Positions 30,217 to 40,749 of a DNA stretch of 64,000 nt are shown here, piece by piece. A program made the translations under genes and the position numbers. The notes beneath the pieces were generated by a model. The model made no database searches and was not told the DNA's origin. It saw only the letters and a program-made list of their open reading frames with translations. Each line of letters starts with the position of its first letter. Positions within the stretch are counted from its first letter, which is position 1. The stretch comes from Gemmatimonadales bacterium (GTDB lineage: Bacteria; Gemmatimonadota; Gemmatimonadetes; Gemmatimonadales; GWC2-71-9): positions 672,001 through 736,000 of the forward strand of contig OZ252244.1 of assembly GCA_965249575.1 (NCBI GenBank). The letters run 5' to 3'.

Positions 30217-31461
30217 ATGCCAATCGAGGAAGCCATCCGCCTCGCCCTCGAAACCATCGGCCGGCACAAGCTGCGGTCGTTCTTCACGCTACTCGGTATC
30301 ATCGTTTCGGTCGCATTCCTCGTCGCCGTCGTCGCGGTCATTCAGGGCATGAATCAATACGTCCGCGAGAATCTGTCCGGTGCGATCATCGGGACCAACG
30401 CGTTTCAAATCCGCCGCACGCCGATCGCTGTCGGACTCATCGACGACGAGGAATGGCAGCGGCTCCAGCGCCGCCCCATCGTCGACTCCCGGGACGCGGA
30501 ATACGTCCGGCGGGCGCTTCCGGATGCCCGCGCCATCGCCCGGCAATCCGGCTGGCCCACGCCACGTATCGACGTCCACTGGCGAAACCGAACCGTCGGA
30601 GACGTCCTCGTATTTGGGGTCACGGCGCCATTTCAGGTGGTTCAGGACTACAGCTTCGCCGCGGGCGAACCGCTGTCGGACGTCGACGTCCGGGAGCGCC
30701 GCTACGTCGGCGTCATCGGCTGGGACATCGCCGACAAGCTGTTCGGAGGTGCCGCACAGGCAATCGGTCAAACGATACGGGTCGGGACGCTTCCAGTGCG
30801 GATCAAAGGCGCTGCGGACCAAAAAGGATCGGTACTCGGGCAGTCGTTCGACGGATTCGTGCTCCTCCCCCTGACGACCTTCGAAAGCATCTACGGCAGG
30901 CGGCTGACTAGCGTGATCGGCGTGAAGATGGCGGACGGCGAATCCCTCCCGAGTGGCATGGCGCGGGCGGAGGAAGCCATGCGCATCGCCCGGGGGCTCA
31001 GACCGACCGAGGCAAACGATTTCACCGTCGACAAGGCCGACGCCTTGGTGAGCTTCTGGACGTCGCTCACCGGGGTCCTGTTCACCATCATCCCTGCAGT
31101 GGTGGCTATCGGCATCGTGGTGGGCGGGATCGTGATCATGAACATCATGCTGATGACGGTGCGCGAGCGAACCCGTGAGATCGGCATCCGCAAATCCCTC
31201 GGCGCAAACCGACGGGACATCCGAAGGCAGTTCTTGGCGGAATCCGTGACCCTAGCTCTGCTCGGTGGAATCTGCGGCATCGGGCTTGGCTGGATACTGG
31301 CGCAGGTGATTGGAGGGCTCTCTCCTCTCCCTGCACGCGTCACGTGGTGGTCCGTGACCCTTGCTCTGGCGCTCGGAGGCAGCGTTGGGGTCGTGTTCGG
31401 CGTTTACCCCGCTACCCGCGCCGCTCGCCTCGATCCTATCGACGCTCTCAGAGCCGAGTGA
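30217..31461 (+). CDS. ABC transporter permease (MacB/FtsX type) 3
   Basis: GGIVIMNIMLMTVRERTREIGIRK motif. Confidence 0.95.
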   Translation: MPIEEAIRLALETIGRHKLRSFFTLLGIIVSVAFLVAVVAVIQGMNQYVRENLSGAIIGTNAFQIRRTPIAVGLIDDEEWQRLQRRPIVDSRDAEYVRRALPDARAIARQSGWPTPRIDVHWRNRTVGDVLVFGVTAPFQVVQDYSFAAGEPLSDVDVRERRYVGVIGWDIADKLFGGAAQAIGQTIRVGTLPVRIKGAADQKGSVLGQSFDGFVLLPLTTFESIYGRRLTSVIGVKMADGESLPSGMARAEEAMRIARGLRPTEANDFTVDKADALVSFWTSLTGVLFTIIPAVVAIGIVVGGIVIMNIMLMTVRERTREIGIRKSLGANRRDIRRQFLAESVTLALLGGICGIGLGWILAQVIGGLSPLPARVTWWSVTLALALGGSVGVVFGVYPATRAARLDPIDALRAE

Positions 31462-31468
31462 CTGCGCC

Positions 31469-32710
31469 GTGAAGATCGCGAGTGTCGCTGAGGGCGCGCT
31501 GATCGCGGCTGGATCGATACGGGCCAACAAGCTCCGTTCGGGCTTGACCATTCTCGGGGTCGTCATCGGCGTTGCGACCGTGATGGCCATGGCGTCGATC
31601 GTACAGGGTCTGAGATCGCAAATCATCAACACGATCGAGATCGCGGGTCCGACGACGTTCTATGTCGTAAGGTTCTTCTCGCAGACCCCCCTCAACCCGG
31701 ACGACCTCCCGCGCGAGGTCCGGATCCGACCCGTCCTCAAGGCCGAAGAGGCCGAAGCAATTGCCCGCCTCCCGGAAATCGCCTATGGCGCGATGTGGAT
31801 CCAGCTGTTCCAGCGAATGGACTATCAGGGCACGCGAACCCAAATCCTGACGATCTTCGCGGCGGACGACCGATACATGGAGATCCAGGGCGGCACCCTG
31901 TTGGGCGGCCGCTTCTTCACGCAGGCGGAGATACGGGGCGGCGCCCCAGTCGTCGTCATCGAGTCGACTACCGCCGGGACGCTGCTCGGTGACGTAAATC
32001 CTCTGGGTAAGGTGGTACGCGTCGGCGGCAGGCCCCTACGGATCATCGGGCTGTACGAGCGACCCGACAACATCTTCCAGCCACCCTCGCAGCAAATCGG
32101 CGCAGTTGTCCCGATGGAAACGGCCCGCCGATACTTCCGGTACGACGAGACGAACGCGCTGTGGATCGTGGTGAAGCCACGGCATGGGGTATCGGTCGTC
32201 GCGGCTCGAGACGCGGTGACGGTGACCTTGCGCAATATCCGCGGACTACGTCCCAGGGATCCCGCGACGTTCGACCTCATCACGCAGGATCAGATCTTGG
32301 ACATCTTCAATAAGCTCAGCAGCGTGTTTTTCCTGGTCATGCTCGCCCTATCGAGCGTGGCGCTCATGGTCGGCGGTATCGGCGTCATGGCGATCATGAT
32401 GGTGTCGGTCACTGATCGCACGCGTGAGATCGGTGTACGCAAGGCACTGGGAGCGACCCGCCAGGAGATCCTCTGGCAGTTTCTCGTCGAGGCAGCCACG
32501 CTGACGCTCGTGGGTGGGGCGATCGGAGTCCTCGCCGGGCTCACCGCCGGTGAAGCCCTGAAGCACATCCTCGGCTTTCAGGCTGGGGTCCCTCTCTGGA
32601 GCGCCGCCGTGGCCTGTGCGTTCTCCGTGGGAATCGGCCTCCTGTTCGGTCTGCTCCCAGCCAACCGGGCTGCACGGCTGGACCCAGTCGAGGCACTGCA
32701 CTACGAATAG
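31469..32710 (+). CDS. ABC transporter permease (MacB/FtsX type) 4
   Basis: GTG start after the upstream stop; ANKLRS and GGIGVMAIMMVSVTDRTREIG motifs. Confidence 0.93.
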   Translation: MKIASVAEGALIAAGSIRANKLRSGLTILGVVIGVATVMAMASIVQGLRSQIINTIEIAGPTTFYVVRFFSQTPLNPDDLPREVRIRPVLKAEEAEAIARLPEIAYGAMWIQLFQRMDYQGTRTQILTIFAADDRYMEIQGGTLLGGRFFTQAEIRGGAPVVVIESTTAGTLLGDVNPLGKVVRVGGRPLRIIGLYERPDNIFQPPSQQIGAVVPMETARRYFRYDETNALWIVVKPRHGVSVVAARDAVTVTLRNIRGLRPRDPATFDLITQDQILDIFNKLSSVFFLVMLALSSVALMVGGIGVMAIMMVSVTDRTREIGVRKALGATRQEILWQFLVEAATLTLVGGAIGVLAGLTAGEALKHILGFQAGVPLWSAAVACAFSVGIGLLFGLLPANRAARLDPVEALHYE

Positions 32711-32743
32711 CGATTCTTCGAGCGCCCTTCGTAGATTGCCAAC

Positions 32744-33466
32744 ATGACTCCTTCCCTGGATCTGCTCGCGATCACGGCCCATCGCGACGACGCGGAGCTA
32801 ACGTGCGGCGGCACCTTGGCCAAGATGGCGCGAGCGGGGTACCGCACCGGCATTCTCGATCTCACCGCAGGAGAGATAGGGACCCAAGGGGACGCTCGCA
32901 CGCGCGAGCGCGAGGCGGCGGAGGCGGCGAAAGTGCTCGGGGTCACCGAGCGGGCGAACGCCGGGTTGCCGGATGCACACCTCCACAATACCGACGAGAC
33001 CCGCCGGACGGTTATAGGCCGGCTCCGGCAGTTCCGTCCCCGCACGGTCATCCTTCCCTTTCCGATCGGGCGCCACCCGGATCACCGTATCGCCTCGGAA
33101 TTGTCACGCGACGCATGTTATCTCGCTGGATTGGCTAAGTATGACGCCGACGGCGAGCCGCATCGTCCGGCAAAAATCATCTACGCGCTGGCGTACCGCG
33201 AAGATCCCGTCAAGCCGACCTTCGTCGTGGACATCTCAGAAGAGTTCGACACCAAGCTCGCCGCCATTCGATGCTACGCGTCACAGTTCGAGGGAGCGTC
33301 CGCCGCCGGCGAGGTGTTTCCGACCGGGCAGAACCTCTACGATCTAATCCAGACGCAGAGCGCGCACTATGGAAGCCTAATCAGGGTCAACTATGGTGAG
33401 CCCTATATGACGCACGAGACGGTGCGTGTCGACGACGTGATTCAGATGCCTGTTCAGTCCATGTAA
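32744..33466 (+). CDS. bshB1: Bacillithiol biosynthesis deacetylase BshB1 (PIG-L family)
   Basis: AHRDDAELTCGG, DLTAGE.GTQG, RHPDH and SQF motifs. Confidence 0.85.
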   Translation: MTPSLDLLAITAHRDDAELTCGGTLAKMARAGYRTGILDLTAGEIGTQGDARTREREAAEAAKVLGVTERANAGLPDAHLHNTDETRRTVIGRLRQFRPRTVILPFPIGRHPDHRIASELSRDACYLAGLAKYDADGEPHRPAKIIYALAYREDPVKPTFVVDISEEFDTKLAAIRCYASQFEGASAAGEVFPTGQNLYDLIQTQSAHYGSLIRVNYGEPYMTHETVRVDDVIQMPVQSM

Positions 33467-33511
33467 CCTCAAGGCATTCCACTATCTCACCCACCACCCT
33501 AGTTTTCGCAT

Positions 33512-34687
33512 ATGGTGACGCGCGCAGTTTATGTCGACCACGCGGCGACCACGCCGGTGCGACCCGAAGTCCTCGAAGCGATGCTGCCGTACCTCACGGA
33601 GAGCACGTTCGGCAACCCGAGCTCCGCCCATCGGTTCGGGCGAGCGGCGCGCGCCGGACTCGAGCACGCCAGCCAGCAGATCGCGAGCGCGTTGGGGGTC
33701 CGACCGGTGAATGTCGTCTTTACATCCGGTGGGACCGAGGCAGATAACCTAGCGGTGATCGGTGGGGCGCTCGCGGCGCAACGGGCGGGGCGTCCGTTCT
33801 GCGTCGCGGTAAGCGGGGTCGAGCACAAGGCCGTGCTGACGGCCGCCGAGGCACTGGAACGCGTGGGCGGGGAGACCGTCATCCTACAGGTCGACGGACA
33901 GGGCCGGGTCGACCTGGACGGACTGGAGGAGACGCTCGAGCGCGGCGTGGCGCTCGTCAGCGTCATGTGGGTCAACAACGAGACCGGTGTCACGCAGGAC
34001 GTTCCGGCGATAGCCGCGCGATGTACCCGAGCGGGAACGCCCCTCCACACCGACGCGGTACAGGGCGTCGGCAAGCTCGACTGTTCGGCCGACGGCGGCG
34101 GCTGGAGTCTCCTCACCATCTCCGGACACAAGCTCGGCGCGCCGAAGGGAATTGGCGCACTCATCGTCAGCAACCAAGACCTCATTGAGCCGATGCTGCA
34201 CGGGGGCGCACAGCAAGGTGGCCTCCGTCCGGGAACCGAAAACGTCCCCGGCATCGTTGGGCTCGGGCGGGCCGTAGAGTTGGCCGTCGAGACCCGCCAT
34301 GAGACGGCCAGCCGCGAGGCCGCGCTGCGGGACGAGCTGGAGCGGCGCATCGAACAAGCCGTTCCAGACGTCGTCATTCAGGGACGGGATGCACCGCGCG
34401 CGCCCCACATTTCAAACATGTCCGTGCCGGGAACTGACAGCGAAGCACTCCTCATGCACCTGGACCTCGCGGGCGTGGCGTGCTCGTCCGGTTCCGCGTG
34501 TTCTACCGGCGCGATCGAGCCGTCACACGTATTGACGGCCATGGGAGTTGAGCGCCACATGGCAATCGGAACGCTGCGCTTTTCTTTCGGATCGGAAAGT
34601 CGCTCTGAAGACGTCGAACACGTGGCAGATACACTCCCGAACGTGGTCGGCAAGGTGCGCCAACTCGCCAGCGTGCTCCGCCGATGA
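33512..34687 (+). CDS. iscS: Cysteine desulfurase
   Basis: [20 protein letters not shown] and SSGSAC motifs; overlaps mnmA start. Confidence 0.93.
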   Translation: MVTRAVYVDHAATTPVRPEVLEAMLPYLTESTFGNPSSAHRFGRAARAGLEHASQQIASALGVRPVNVVFTSGGTEADNLAVIGGALAAQRAGRPFCVAVSGVEHKAVLTAAEALERVGGETVILQVDGQGRVDLDGLEETLERGVALVSVMWVNNETGVTQDVPAIAARCTRAGTPLHTDAVQGVGKLDCSADGGGWSLLTISGHKLGAPKGIGALIVSNQDLIEPMLHGGAQQGGLRPGTENVPGIVGLGRAVELAVETRHETASREAALRDELERRIEQAVPDVVIQGRDAPRAPHISNMSVPGTDSEALLMHLDLAGVACSSGSACSTGAIEPSHVLTAMGVERHMAIGTLRFSFGSESRSEDVEHVADTLPNVVGKVRQLASVLRR

Positions 34688-35748
34688 CGAAGGGACGAGT
34701 CTTGGTCGCGATGTCGGGTGGCGTGGACAGCTCGGTCGCTGCCGCCGCGCTCGTCGAGCAGGGATACGACGTCGTCGGCGCCACCCTCAAGCTTTTCTGT
34801 TACGGGGACTCAGTCCCAGACCGGCCGTGCTGCTCTCTCGACTCGATTGCCGACGCCCGGTCCGTCGCGACGACGCTCGGTATACCGCACTACGTCCTCA
34901 ACCTCGAGGACCGGTTTCGCCACGACGTCATCGCGCACTTCATCGCGGAATACAGTGAAGGCCGGACGCCGATTCCGTGCGTGCGCTGCAACTCGTTCAC
35001 CAAGTTCACGGATCTCCTGGCCCACGCCGACGCACTCGATTGTGAGTATCTGGCGACAGGGCACTACGCGATCGTCAGGAACGGCGCCCTGTACCGTGGT
35101 GTGGACGCGTCCAAGGACCAGACGTATTTCATGTGGGGGATCGGGCGGGCGGTCGTTCGCCGCGTTCTGACACCGGTGGGCATGCTCACCAAGAGCGCGA
35201 CCCGAAAGCGCGCGCGGGCGCTCGGTCTGATCACCGCAGACAAGGCGGAGTCGGTCGACATTTGTTTCGTCCCCGACGGCGATTACGTCGCGGTACTGCG
35301 GCAGCATTTGCCCGGGGACTCCCCCGCCCTCACGCCCGGTCCGCTGGTGACCGTCTCGGGTGACGTCGTCGGGGAGCACGAGGGCTACGCCCGCTACACG
35401 ATCGGCCAGCGACGGGGGCTACCAGGTGGATTTCCGGAACCGATGTACGTGGTCGACATCTCTCCGGCGAACCGGTCCGTGACCATTGGTACCGCCGACC
35501 ATTTGCTCGGGCAGTCGGTGGAGCTCGGGGACGTCAACTGGTTAACCGATCCGCTGCCCCCAGGCGAAACGTGCGAGGTCCAGATTCGGTATCGCGCCGA
35601 GCCGGTCGCGGCGAGGGTGCGGCGGATCGACTCGAGCGCCCGATCCATGGTGCTCGATCTTCGACAACCGGCTCGCGCGATTGCCCCAGGCCAGTCGGGC
35701 GTGTTGTACCACGGGCCGCAGCTGTTGGGTGGGGGCGTCATCGCGTGA
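34684..35748 (+). CDS. mnmA: tRNA-specific 2-thiouridylase
   Basis: SGGVDS, PCVRCN, ATGHYA, KDQTYF, DICF and TIGQRRGL motifs. Confidence 0.97.
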   Translation: MTKGRVLVAMSGGVDSSVAAAALVEQGYDVVGATLKLFCYGDSVPDRPCCSLDSIADARSVATTLGIPHYVLNLEDRFRHDVIAHFIAEYSEGRTPIPCVRCNSFTKFTDLLAHADALDCEYLATGHYAIVRNGALYRGVDASKDQTYFMWGIGRAVVRRVLTPVGMLTKSATRKRARALGLITADKAESVDICFVPDGDYVAVLRQHLPGDSPALTPGPLVTVSGDVVGEHEGYARYTIGQRRGLPGGFPEPMYVVDISPANRSVTIGTADHLLGQSVELGDVNWLTDPLPPGETCEVQIRYRAEPVAARVRRIDSSARSMVLDLRQPARAIAPGQSGVLYHGPQLLGGGVIA

Positions 35749-35773
35749 TCACATGTTTCCAGGATGTGCGTCC

Positions 35774-36148
35774 GTGAATCTGCTCGATCGTGTCACGACG
35801 GAGCTGGGGGTCGATGCAAAGAAGGCCGAGATCGGACTCGGGACGTTGCTGGCGTCTGTGCGGCTCACCGTGGGGCCCGAGAGTTTTGATGCCATCAAGG
35901 AACACTTGCCGCACGCCGAGTCGTTCATGGGACGGGCGTTGATGGGCGGCGGCCGGACGGGGGAAATCGTTGGGCTGATTGGCGCTGAGGCCGTGCGCAG
36001 AAACCTCGAGGCGGCGGGCTACACCGAGTCTGAAATCCCGAGATTGGGCGCGCTGGTCGGGGAACGGCTGAGGGAGGTGGTTCCGCCGGATGTGGTGGCA
36101 AGCCTCGAAACCAAGCTCCCGCTCCTCCGAGCGTCAGCCCAGGAGTGA
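35774..36148 (+). CDS. Hypothetical helical protein (DUF2780/DUF2267-like)
   Basis: GTG start with AGGA upstream; NLLDRVTTELGV..AE.GLG pattern. Confidence 0.6.
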   Translation: MNLLDRVTTELGVDAKKAEIGLGTLLASVRLTVGPESFDAIKEHLPHAESFMGRALMGGGRTGEIVGLIGAEAVRRNLEAAGYTESEIPRLGALVGERLREVVPPDVVASLETKLPLLRASAQE

Positions 36149-36704
36149 TGCCTCACCTCCGCGTAGCGACGCCCATACTCCTCGCGTTGCTTGGTGCCGC
36201 CGCGCCTCCGGCGCCGCTCGGAGCGCAAGCCCGGCCGCTCCTGAGCCCGCCCGACTCCTGAGCCCGCCCGACTCCACCGAGCTAGTTGTTGAGGGCAAGC
36301 GGATGGTGGTACAGTACAGTCGGCCGTCTATGCGCGGCCGGGAGGTCATGGGAGGGCTCGTCCCGTGGAACAGGGTCTGGAGAACTGGTGCCAATCTCAG
36401 GACGCACTTCACGACGGAGATTGACCTGCGGTTTGGTGACATCAGGGTGCCAGCCGGGACGTACACGCTCTATACGGTGCCCAATCCCACGGTCTGGAAC
36501 CTCGTCATCAACCGCGAGACGGGCCAGTGGGGCACCCGCTACGACCACCGCCAAGACCTCGCGCGAATACCGGTCAAGCCGGCCTCCACGGCAGCGACGG
36601 TCGATAAGCTCACGATCGCGCTAGCGCCGATACCCAACGGCGGAGCAATTGTTCTGCAGTGGGAGAACACCCAGATCACCGTCCCGTTTGAAGTCGCTCC
36701 ATAG
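36148..36704 (+). CDS. DUF2911 domain secreted protein, frameshifted by a 17-bp tandem duplication
   Basis: Signal peptide from ATG 36148; YSRPSMRGR, WRTGAN, GTYTLY and QWG motifs; CTCCTGAGCCCGCCCGA repeated at 36238-36271. Confidence 0.85.
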
Positions 36705-36811
36705 ATCGAGTCAGCGCGTGGGGAGCCGGCCGGCGGGACTTCAGCTTGTCGCTTGGGCCTCGCGTCCGTGATGATGGCGCCCGGGGGCGCGGGTGCATCC
36801 CATCGCGGCGC

Positions 36812-37486
36812 ATGAAAGCCACGAGCCCTTCTCAGTCTGCCAGCGTGGCGAGCCGTGTGGCGTTGACGACAGGCTTCGCGCTCTTCGTGGTTGTCATCGG
36901 GCTCCTGATCGCCCCTTCCCTCGTCTCGACGCACGTACGGACCTTCTATCCATCCTCGTTCTCCGATGGCATCAGGAAGGCCGAACTCATCGTTGACACC
37001 GTCACGGTCGATGCCAGCAACCCGGACGCCTGGCACTACTTCCACCTCGACAGCCGCACCCTAGGGTCAAGCGCCGCGGGGAGCTGGGACTTAGCGTTTC
37101 AGCGGTTTCGGGTGAGTGCCAGCGGTGTGGTGCTGGACCTGGGACCAGTCGATTTCGCCACCATCGACTCGGCTCCCGTTTCGACCTATGTGGACACGCG
37201 GCTCCGCGCGGATACGGTGAAACCTGAGCTCGAGCGCTGGTACCGATACGGAATGTTCAGCCACCTCCTGGAGACCAAGGGGCACGTCTACGCCCTGAAG
37301 ACCAGGGACGGCCGGTATGCGAAATTTCAATTCCTGAGTTACTACTGCCCGGGACCCACTCCGGGATGCGTCACGTTCCAATACGTGTTCCAACGGTCCG
37401 GATCCCGCGTTTTTCGGGTGGGCCCAACGGGCGGCGCCACGCACGCGGCTGAGTGGGACTCACCACGTCCCCCGTCAGTTCGTTGA
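36812..37486 (+). CDS. HmuY family heme-binding protein
   Basis: WHYF, WDLAFQR, WYRY, YALKTRDGRYAKFQFLSYY and VTFQY motifs. Confidence 0.85.
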   Translation: MKATSPSQSASVASRVALTTGFALFVVVIGLLIAPSLVSTHVRTFYPSSFSDGIRKAELIVDTVTVDASNPDAWHYFHLDSRTLGSSAAGSWDLAFQRFRVSASGVVLDLGPVDFATIDSAPVSTYVDTRLRADTVKPELERWYRYGMFSHLLETKGHVYALKTRDGRYAKFQFLSYYCPGPTPGCVTFQYVFQRSGSRVFRVGPTGGATHAAEWDSPRPPSVR

Positions 37487-37587
37487 CGCACTGTGAGTGG
37501 CCGGGTACGTTCCCTCGGCACCAGCGGCAGCGATACCAGTCGCGGCGTCACCGGGGATTTGGCCCGGCCCATCCGGAAACGGAGCGC

Positions 37588-37962
37588 ATGACCGGACTCC
37601 TAGCGCGAGTACTCATCACCGCCTTCGGGCTCTGGCTCGCCGATATGCTCCTGGACGGGATCAGGTTCGATGGCGCGGTTCCCCTGTTCTTGGCTGCACT
37701 GCTCCTCGGAATTGCGAACGCGATCATTCGACCGATCATCCTGCTGCTGACGTTGCCGATCACTCTGGTGACGCTGGGCCTCTTCATTCTGGTGATCAAC
37801 GGTGCGATGGTTCTACTCGTCGCACGGGTCATGCCGTCCTTTCACACAGCGGGCCTAGGCGTGGCCATCATTGCCTCCGTTATCGTTGGTATCACGGGAT
37901 GGCTCGCGAACGGATTTGTGGGCAGCCGGGGTCGAATCGAGATCTTCAGGGTGAGACGCTAG
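37588..37962 (+). CDS. YvlD/DUF360 (phage holin-like) membrane protein
   Basis: NAIIRP..LLTLPITLVTLGLF.LVING motif. Confidence 0.92.
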   Translation: MTGLLARVLITAFGLWLADMLLDGIRFDGAVPLFLAALLLGIANAIIRPIILLLTLPITLVTLGLFILVINGAMVLLVARVMPSFHTAGLGVAIIASVIVGITGWLANGFVGSRGRIEIFRVRR

Positions 37963-37990
37963 GAAGACTCGCTCGGCAGACCGCCGGTTT

Positions 37991-38884
37991 CTATTGCTCG
38001 AGCCCGGTCGCCACGGTTTGAGCGTGAATCGACACCGTGTCATCCACGTTCCGCGCATACCCCCCGGCCATCACTGTCGCGACTGGAACCCCATCCGCCC
38101 CGCACCGTTGGAACACCAACCGGTCCCTCTCCGCCAACCCCGCCCTGGACAATGAGAGCCGGCCCAGCCGATCGTCTACGAACGGATCAGCACCCGCTAG
38201 GTAGATCGCGAGGTCTGGACGCCTCACAGTGAGGACGCGTTCCAACCCGGTCGCCAGTGCAGACAGGTATTCCTCATCCCCAACCGCGTCGTTGAGTGCG
38301 ATCCCGTAGTCGACCTCCGCCTTTTCGAAAGGGAAGTTGTGCGCCGCATAGATATCGAAGGTAAACACGGTACGATCGTCTGCGAAAATAGACGCGGTCC
38401 CGTTTCCTTGATGAACGTCGCAGTCGATGATGATGAGCTGGCTGGCGCGGCCCTCGGCTTGCATGGCGCGAGCCGCGACCGCGGCATCATTGAACACGCA
38501 GTACCCCTCTCCCCGGCCCGCAAAGGCATGATGAGTACCGCCGGCCAGGTTGAAGGACACACCCGCGTCAAGTGCAGCCCGGCACGCCCCGATCGTCCCG
38601 CCGACAGAGCGGCGGGACCGCTCGACCATCGCGTCAGACCAGGGGAAGCCGATGCGTCGCATCTCGTCCCGCGACAGCCGGCCATCCTGCACCATCTGGA
38701 TGTAGTCCGGCTCGTGTGCCCGACCTAGTTCCGCGTCAGTCGCGGCATGCGGAACCTCGAGGTCCCCGGAAACGAGCACCGCATCGGCGATGATCCGGCG
38801 TCGAAGCTTCTCGTACTTTTCCATTGGGAACCGGTGCCCGGCCGGTAGCGGAAGCACGAAGTGTTCGGTGAAAAATGCTCTCAC
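37991..38884 (-). CDS. Histone deacetylase family protein
   Basis: GHRFPMEKY, GGTHH, GYCVFND, DCDVHQGNGT and AGGY motifs. Confidence 0.95.
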   Translation of the reverse strand: MRAFFTEHFVLPLPAGHRFPMEKYEKLRRRIIADAVLVSGDLEVPHAATDAELGRAHEPDYIQMVQDGRLSRDEMRRIGFPWSDAMVERSRRSVGGTIGACRAALDAGVSFNLAGGTHHAFAGRGEGYCVFNDAAVAARAMQAEGRASQLIIIDCDVHQGNGTASIFADDRTVFTFDIYAAHNFPFEKAEVDYGIALNDAVGDEEYLSALATGLERVLTVRRPDLAIYLAGADPFVDDRLGRLSLSRAGLAERDRLVFQRCGADGVPVATVMAGGYARNVDDTVSIHAQTVATGLEQ

Positions 38885-38922
38885 GCCCGTCCGGCTGCCA
38901 AGCTGCCCCGCCACGTCTCCCC

Positions 38923-39561
38923 TCAGGGCGATAACCGCTCGATGCGCCACCCACCGTCGGGTTGTCGACTGTAGCGAAGGCGGTCGTGTAGCCGGTCGGG
39001 CCTACCCTGCCAGAATTCAACCGTTTCGGGTACGAGCCGAAACCCACCCCAGTGCTCGGGACACGGAACGTTCCCGTCCTCATGCCGCTCGGACACCTCT
39101 TGCAGGCGCGCGGCGAGTTCCTCGCGGCTACCGAGCACTTCGCTCTGGCGGGATGCCCACGCTCCCAGCCGGCTGCCGATCGGGCGGCTCTTGAAGTACG
39201 CCTCGGACCGCACCCGAGAAACCCGCGTCACCTGGCCGGCCACGCACACCTGGCGCCCAAGGGACGCCCAGAAAAAGACCAGTGCACCCCGTGGATTCTC
39301 CGACAGGTCCCTTCCCTTCCGGCTGCGGTAATTGGTGAAGAACACGAACCCGCCCTCCTCGACGCCCTTGAGAAGGACCGTGCGCGCCGAGGGGCGGCCG
39401 TCCCCCGAAGCAGTAGCAAGGGTTACAGCGGTGGGTTCGGTCAAGCCTGCCCCGAGCGCTTTTTGGAACCAGGAATCGAATTGTTTGAGCGGATCAGGAT
39501 CGGCATCCTCCTCACAGAGGCCGATCCGTCCCAGTTCCTCACGAAAATCTGTCGTCGCCAT
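38923..39561 (-). CDS. pdxH: Pyridoxine/pyridoxamine 5'-phosphate oxidase
   Basis: RTVLLK, FFTNYRSRKG, EFWQGRPDRLHDR and RLSP motifs. Confidence 0.97.
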   Translation of the reverse strand: MATTDFREELGRIGLCEEDADPDPLKQFDSWFQKALGAGLTEPTAVTLATASGDGRPSARTVLLKGVEEGGFVFFTNYRSRKGRDLSENPRGALVFFWASLGRQVCVAGQVTRVSRVRSEAYFKSRPIGSRLGAWASRQSEVLGSREELAARLQEVSERHEDGNVPCPEHWGGFRLVPETVEFWQGRPDRLHDRLRYSRQPDGGWRIERLSP

Positions 39562-39759
39562 GGCCTGACATAGTGAGAGTTGAATAGTGGCTGGCATTCA
39601 GCGGCCGTCTCATTCCCCGACGGCGGTTGCCGACGCCGCCCAATATACCGCCGCCGCGTCGAGAGAGGGGTACCCCTGGCCAGTTCCGATAACGGCGCGG
39701 GGGTCACAAACGACTTGATGCCATTATGTTTAGGCACCGGGTCGGCGAAGGAGCCAATC

Positions 39760-40749
39760 ATGCAGCATGTGAGACGTCGATGGATCTGTGTCGCGGCGGT
39801 GCTGGCTGGACTGTCGTGCTCCGACGGGGGCATCGCCCCGCAATCGTTCGATCCATTGAACGCGAGCCAGGCGGCCGAGAACGCGTTTGCCGCGATCGCA
39901 GACAACCAGGCGGTCCAGAGTCTCAAGGTCCTTGGCAGCGCCATGACTTTATCAGTGGTCGGCATATCTCGGAGTGTCTGGCCGACGTACTCGGCATCCA
40001 ACCCGACGGACATCTTCCCGGCCCCGTCCCTCGGGAAGACGTACGTCTACAACCAGCAGACCGCGCGTTACGAGCAAAGCGACCCACCGATCTCCGGGGC
40101 CCCCGCTGATGGCGTGCGGTTCCTACTGTATGCGGTCGAGCCGGACCTCCAGGTAATCGTTTCTCCGCTCGATCCGGTCGGACACCTCGACCTTCGTGAT
40201 ACGTCGGCGCCATCGGAGAGTAGCTTGCACCTCGAGGCCGTTATCGGAGGAACCACCGTCCTCGCGTACGACGCGGATGGCACGTTTACATCCAATCCCC
40301 AGACGCTCTCGTTCGGCGCGACGGGATTCGCTTCCAATGGATCGGCCCGCATCGACTTCGACTTGTCGCAAACGCTATCCCAGGGGAATGGCCTGGCGAT
40401 CGACTATAACATGACGGCCCCGGGGGGCGGCTTGCAGATCCGTCTGGTTGCCTCGCGCCAGGACGGCAGCTCCCCGGAGTCTACCCTCACGGTCGTCTCG
40501 GGGGATGATCTCGTCGAGATCGAGGCCTCGGGGTTGGAGAGCGTCACCGGCTCGGTCCGATTCAACGGTGCTTTGGCGGGAACGATCGAGGGAAGCAGCG
40601 ATGCGCCCGTTTTCCGGGCACCTGACGGCGAGCTGACGCCGAACCAGCTCAAGGGAATGCGGCAGCTCTACCACTTTACGGATGAGTTATTGGACCAAGT
40701 CGACGATCTCATCGGCCCGGCATACCTCGTGTTCGGCATCAACCTTTGA
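39760..40749 (+). CDS. Hypothetical lipoprotein
   Basis: RBS AAGGAG; lipobox GLSC; beta-rich body. Confidence 0.75.
   Translation: MQHVRRRWICVAAVLAGLSCSDGGIAPQSFDPLNASQAAENAFAAIADNQAVQSLKVLGSAMTLSVVGISRSVWPTYSASNPTDIFPAPSLGKTYVYNQQTARYEQSDPPISGAPADGVRFLLYAVEPDLQVIVSPLDPVGHLDLRDTSAPSESSLHLEAVIGGTTVLAYDADGTFTSNPQTLSFGATGFASNGSARIDFDLSQTLSQGNGLAIDYNMTAPGGGLQIRLVASRQDGSSPESTLTVVSGDDLVEIEASGLESVTGSVRFNGALAGTIEGSSDAPVFRAPDGELTPNQLKGMRQLYHFTDELLDQVDDLIGPAYLVFGINL

Noticed and set aside
37588..37962. 'Phage holin' annotation as evidence of a prophage
   Set aside because: The YvlD/DUF360 family is commonly chromosomal, and there are no phage genes nearby.
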